DNA of 64,000 bases from Methanobacteriota archaeon (GTDB taxonomy: Archaea; Thermoplasmatota; Poseidoniia; Poseidoniales; Poseidoniaceae): contig PBWC01000045.1 in the NCBI GenBank assembly GCA_002729095.1, positions 108,778 to 172,777 on the forward strand. Reading direction: 5' to 3'. This document shows, in pieces, positions 60,832-64,000 of this stretch (its first letter is position 1; the number at the start of each line of letters is the position of its first letter). Under the pieces are notes generated by a model. It was not told where the DNA came from. It saw only the letters and a program-made list of their open reading frames with translations, and did not search any database. The translations under genes were made by a program, and so were the position numbers.

Positions 60832-61614
60832 TTAGATTACACCTGTCCAGTCACATTTCTTACAACCGCCGCCTTTACAGTACGGACATGTAGCCTTTAC
60901 CTTGATGTTACTCTTGCTTCTAGACATTGAAAGTTTGGAATCTCTGTGCATCAATGGAGATCTCGCCACTCTTTTTTGCTTGCCTTCTAACTCAGAAAGA
61001 GGGTTTGCTGTAGTTCCAAATGTTGATCTGAACTTTTCAGCAACTTCCCTTCTTCCTTCGAGCCTTTTGTTAGTTTGATCAATTGCTTCAGCCTCCCAAT
61101 ATTTGGGTCCGCGCATCAAAAAGGCTCCAATTACTGCCAAACCAATTTGAACAAATAGCGGTGATACGTCAAAAGGAATCAAAGTAGCAATGCCTTCCGA
61201 ACCTACGGCAGTAGGTAATACACCGATCCTATCTAAAATTGCCAACCCGAAAAACGAACAACCCGTCACGAACATAATTTTTCTTATTCTAACTGCCCAT
61301 CTACCTTTTTGAGGCAACTTAAATCTCCCTACTAATAGAATAAACAATCCTTCACCAAGTAGAAGAAAATCTGCTCCATTCCACTCCCCAACAGGACCTA
61401 AACAAAAACTATCACTGCCCTGGGAAAGTTCAAGCTCAATTTCTGAAATTGCGCAATGAGGTTCTAACATCTTCATGACATCTAATTTAGCAGGACCTGC
61501 GCCATCGATAATTTCCGGAGCAATCAAACCAAATTGAACATTTACTACAACAAATGTAGTCATCAATATTCCAATTGCAGGAGCAATATAGCGTCTAATC
61601 ACGCCCATATACAT
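60832..61614 (-). CDS. membrane protein with C-terminal CxxC-CxxC zinc ribbon
   Basis: Six or more TM helices, then a soluble basic tail ending ATCPYCKGGGCKKCDWTG. Confidence 0.35.
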   Translation of the reverse strand: MYMGVIRRYIAPAIGILMTTFVVVNVQFGLIAPEIIDGAGPAKLDVMKMLEPHCAISEIELELSQGSDSFCLGPVGEWNGADFLLLGEGLFILLVGRFKLPQKGRWAVRIRKIMFVTGCSFFGLAILDRIGVLPTAVGSEGIATLIPFDVSPLFVQIGLAVIGAFLMRGPKYWEAEAIDQTNKRLEGRREVAEKFRSTFGTTANPLSELEGKQKRVARSPLMHRDSKLSMSRSKSNIKVKATCPYCKGGGCKKCDWTGVI

Positions 61615-61695
61615 GCGACTCTGTATTTACATGATAGTGATATCGCTTCAAAATACTCAAAAGAAGGCGTCTTCACCATTGTATTGAGGGGCATT

Positions 61696-63312
61696 ATGGC
61701 TCATGTAATTATTGTTGGTAGTGGCATTGCAGGTTTGTTTGCTGCACTGAAAATTGCCGATGCTGATAACTATGTCACCTTAATCACAAAACAGCGATTG
61801 AAGGATTCCTCCACTAACTGGGCACAAGGTGGAATCGCAGGGATTCTTGATAAAACCGACTTAGATGGTATCGAATCACACATCCAAGACACATTAAATT
61901 CCGGAGATGGAATGTGCGATGAAGATGTGGTAAATGATGTAATTAGAAGTGCAAGTGAATGTATTCATGAACTATTAAAAATTGGAGTTAGATTTGAAAA
62001 AAATGAATCTGGTGACTTTAGTTTAGCAAAAGAAGGGGGGCATTCATCTAGGAGAATTTTTCATTCTAAAGATGCAACTGGTAAAGAAATTGAAAGAGCT
62101 CTAAGTGAAGCAGCTAAAAATCATGTCAATATAACTTTGAGGCCAAACATGCTTGCAGTAGACTTAATTCAGTGTGAGCATGGAAAACCAAGCGCCGGAA
62201 TTGCGGGGATTTGGTGCCTAAACCAAGAAACCGATAAAGTTGAGACGTTTGCTGCAGATTCAGTAATTCTGGCTACTGGAGGAGTAGGTCAGTTATGGAG
62301 TCAAACAACCAATCCAAGTGTTGCTACTGGCGACGGACTAGCTATGGCATGGAGAGCAGGTGCAATGGTTAGAGATTTGGCATTCATTCAATTTCACCCA
62401 ACTGCTCTAAGTCTTTCTTCCGATAGGCCTTTTCTAATTACTGAGGCGTTGAGAGGCGAAGGTGGAGTCATCCTAGATTATGAGGGATTACAGAAATGGA
62501 AAAATGATTGTAGAGATAAATTGGCAAAAAATTTGGAAATCCCTTCACCAGATAATTACTCATTCATATTAGAATTTTCCCCACTTGGCTCAATGGCAAC
62601 TAGAGACATAGTTGCCAGATCTATAGATATTAATCTCAAAAAATCAGGCCGTAATAATGTCTATCTAGTCACCTCTCATTTAGATAGTCAGTTTCTTCAA
62701 AAGCAATTCCCCAATATCCAATCTAGACTAGATAGGCATAACTTAAAACTCGGGATTGATGATTTGCCAGTATCCCCTGCTGCACACTATGTCGTGGGTG
62801 GAATAGATGTCGATAACTATGGTAGACCAAAACTAAGAGACAATGGTGAGGTGTTCCCTCGATTATACGCAATTGGGGAAGTTGCATGTACTGGAATGCA
62901 TGGCGCAAATAGATTAGCTTCAAACAGTTTATTAGAAGCAGTTGTGTATGCTGATAAAGCATCTAACCACATTATCAAAAATATTTGCAAAATAGATGAC
63001 ATAGATATCCCTCACTGGAGAGAAGAAGGTCTAGACTCACTTGTAGAGCATGCTCCAATTGTCAATGACTTGATGTTGCTTCGTTCTACTATGTCTAAAG
63101 AAGTAGGAGTTGTCAGAAGATTTCAAAGACTTGAAAGAGCGGCTAGAAGACTGGAATTATTGGGCCAAGAGATTGACTTAATTTGGAGAAATTCATTCGC
63201 GACCAGAGAGATTGTAGAGCTAAGGAATCTAATTTTAATTGGCCAGTTGGTAACCAATGATGCAATAAATAGAACCGAAAACAAAGGATTACACTATAAC
63301 TCAGACATTTGA
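61696..63312 (+). CDS. nadB: L-aspartate oxidase
   Basis: FAD dinucleotide fold VIIVGSGIAGLFAALKIA. EALRGEGG active-site block. HYVVGGIDVDNYGRP and HGANRLASNSLLE of the NadB / succinate dehydrogenase flavoprotein family. 539 aa from ATG 61696, which is NadB-sized with no Fp C-terminal extension. Confidence 0.7.
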   Translation: MAHVIIVGSGIAGLFAALKIADADNYVTLITKQRLKDSSTNWAQGGIAGILDKTDLDGIESHIQDTLNSGDGMCDEDVVNDVIRSASECIHELLKIGVRFEKNESGDFSLAKEGGHSSRRIFHSKDATGKEIERALSEAAKNHVNITLRPNMLAVDLIQCEHGKPSAGIAGIWCLNQETDKVETFAADSVILATGGVGQLWSQTTNPSVATGDGLAMAWRAGAMVRDLAFIQFHPTALSLSSDRPFLITEALRGEGGVILDYEGLQKWKNDCRDKLAKNLEIPSPDNYSFILEFSPLGSMATRDIVARSIDINLKKSGRNNVYLVTSHLDSQFLQKQFPNIQSRLDRHNLKLGIDDLPVSPAAHYVVGGIDVDNYGRPKLRDNGEVFPRLYAIGEVACTGMHGANRLASNSLLEAVVYADKASNHIIKNICKIDDIDIPHWREEGLDSLVEHAPIVNDLMLLRSTMSKEVGVVRRFQRLERAARRLELLGQEIDLIWRNSFATREIVELRNLILIGQLVTNDAINRTENKGLHYNSDI

Positions 63313-64000
63313 TAAATTAATCGATTTAATTAACTCACTAAGAAGATGATTTTTAGGAGTCGATAGACCATATCTCTCACCACGCTGAACAATTGCAAGA
63401 TTAAGAAATTTGATTTCTGTATCTCTTCCTTTTTTGATATCTTGTAACATACTGCAATAATTATTCGATGTAGCCTCTATCACTTGAAATAACTTTGAGA
63501 TTAGTTCTTCATTTGTCGGTAATTTTACCCCCTCTTGCCTAGCAACATTTGCACCCTCGACCATGACTGAAGAACACAATTCGAATAATTCTGTCTGCAA
63601 TAAATTACCATTTTTACAACCAATCAAAGCGGCAATAGGGTTTATTGCGATGTTTATTAGAACTTTAGACCAAATCAAACTTTTTCCGTCTTCGACCCAT
63701 TGAGGGTTAAGATTGCAATTAGAAAGTAACTGTATCAACTCTTCAGCCTCATTTAAACCAGGACCGTCGGAAAATTTTCCTATTGAAATAACTCCTTTAC
63801 CGGCCCATTCAATAATTCCAGGCTCAGGCCTCCAAGCCCCATGAGAAATAGACGCTGAAAACACTCGTTGAGGGCCAAAAAATTCGATACATTTCTCTAC
63901 ATGCCCTAAACCATTACTAAGGCATAAAACTTTAGAATCTGCATGCAAAAGGTCTTTCGATTTATTGATCATACGTTCAACATCGTTTGCTTTAGAAGTA
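63301..64000 (-). CDS. panE: 2-dehydropantoate 2-reductase (ketopantoate reductase), C-terminal part; gene runs off the window edge
   Basis: C-terminal domain signature SMLQDIKKGRDTEIKFLNLAIVQRGERYGLSTPKNHLL matches ApbA/PanE (SMLQD-x-x-GR-x-TEID). The N-terminal Rossmann GxGxxG is not present, so the true start lies beyond nt 64000. Confidence 0.55.
   Translation of the reverse strand, partial: TSKANDVERMINKSKDLLHADSKVLCLSNGLGHVEKCIEFFGPQRVFSASISHGAWRPEPGIIEWAGKGVISIGKFSDGPGLNEAEELIQLLSNCNLNPQWVEDGKSLIWSKVLINIAINPIAALIGCKNGNLLQTELFELCSSVMVEGANVARQEGVKLPTNEELISKLFQVIEATSNNYCSMLQDIKKGRDTEIKFLNLAIVQRGERYGLSTPKNHLLSELIKSINLSNV

Overview
The window is dense, AT-rich (roughly 37-40% GC) archaeal chromosome. 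The gene content points to an archaeon: Orc1/Cdc6, RPA, Hel308, aIF2-gamma, ribosomal protein S6e, diphthamide synthase Dph2, a Cgi121-like protein, FlaI/FlaJ-type pilus machinery and a class-II HMG-CoA reductase, next to bacterial-type DNA gyrase, TldD/PmbA, acyl-CoA dehydrogenase and several secreted peptidases. By inference this suggests a marine planktonic euryarchaeon of the Poseidoniales (Marine Group II) or a related Thermoplasmatota lineage. I cannot verify that without a database search. Coding density is above 90%, and many neighbouring genes overlap by 1 or 4 nt, which suggests translational coupling.

Housekeeping operons I can support:
- gyrB-gyrA (19.3-24.1 kb)
- smc-scpA-scpB (55.0-60.7 kb)
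- rps6e-aIF2gamma-PIN (48.0-50.2 kb)
- tldD-pmbA (8.8-11.6 kb)
- RPA large subunit plus an OB-fold partner (6.0-8.6 kb), directly followed by a type IV pilus-like ATPase and a split FlaJ/TadBC-like platform protein (3.0-5.6 kb)
- orc1/cdc6 (46.8-48.0 kb)
- hmgA, nadB and a partial panE at the 3' edge

An accessory-looking island at 25-34 kb encodes a 1401-aa PKD-domain HExxH metalloprotease, an M28 peptidase, other secreted or membrane-anchored proteins, and a thymidylate-kinase-like protein with a degenerate P-loop and a 250-aa C-terminal extension of unknown function.

For the hunt, the best candidate for an undescribed system is the block at 50.2-53.7 kb. It is a translationally coupled three-gene operon: a degenerate Arch-ATPase/Orc-like protein (Walker A K->R, ~250-aa acidic insert, C-terminal winged helix), a beta-propeller/TPR protein, and a small helical protein. 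Its promoter region carries a striking symmetric array of three direct ATTAACG and three inverted CGTTAA(T) half-sites at ~11-bp spacing, centred on a perfect 16-bp palindrome, and is shared divergently with hmgA. Other leads are canonical EF-hand loops on the GyrA C-terminal tail and in a separate acidic protein, a bacterial class-II CCA/poly(A)-polymerase-type nucleotidyltransferase beside a ParB/DGxxR nuclease-domain protein, and a GC-rich 150-bp intergenic block that may hold a small structured RNA.

I found no rRNA, tRNA, CRISPR array, integrase or transposase by eye.
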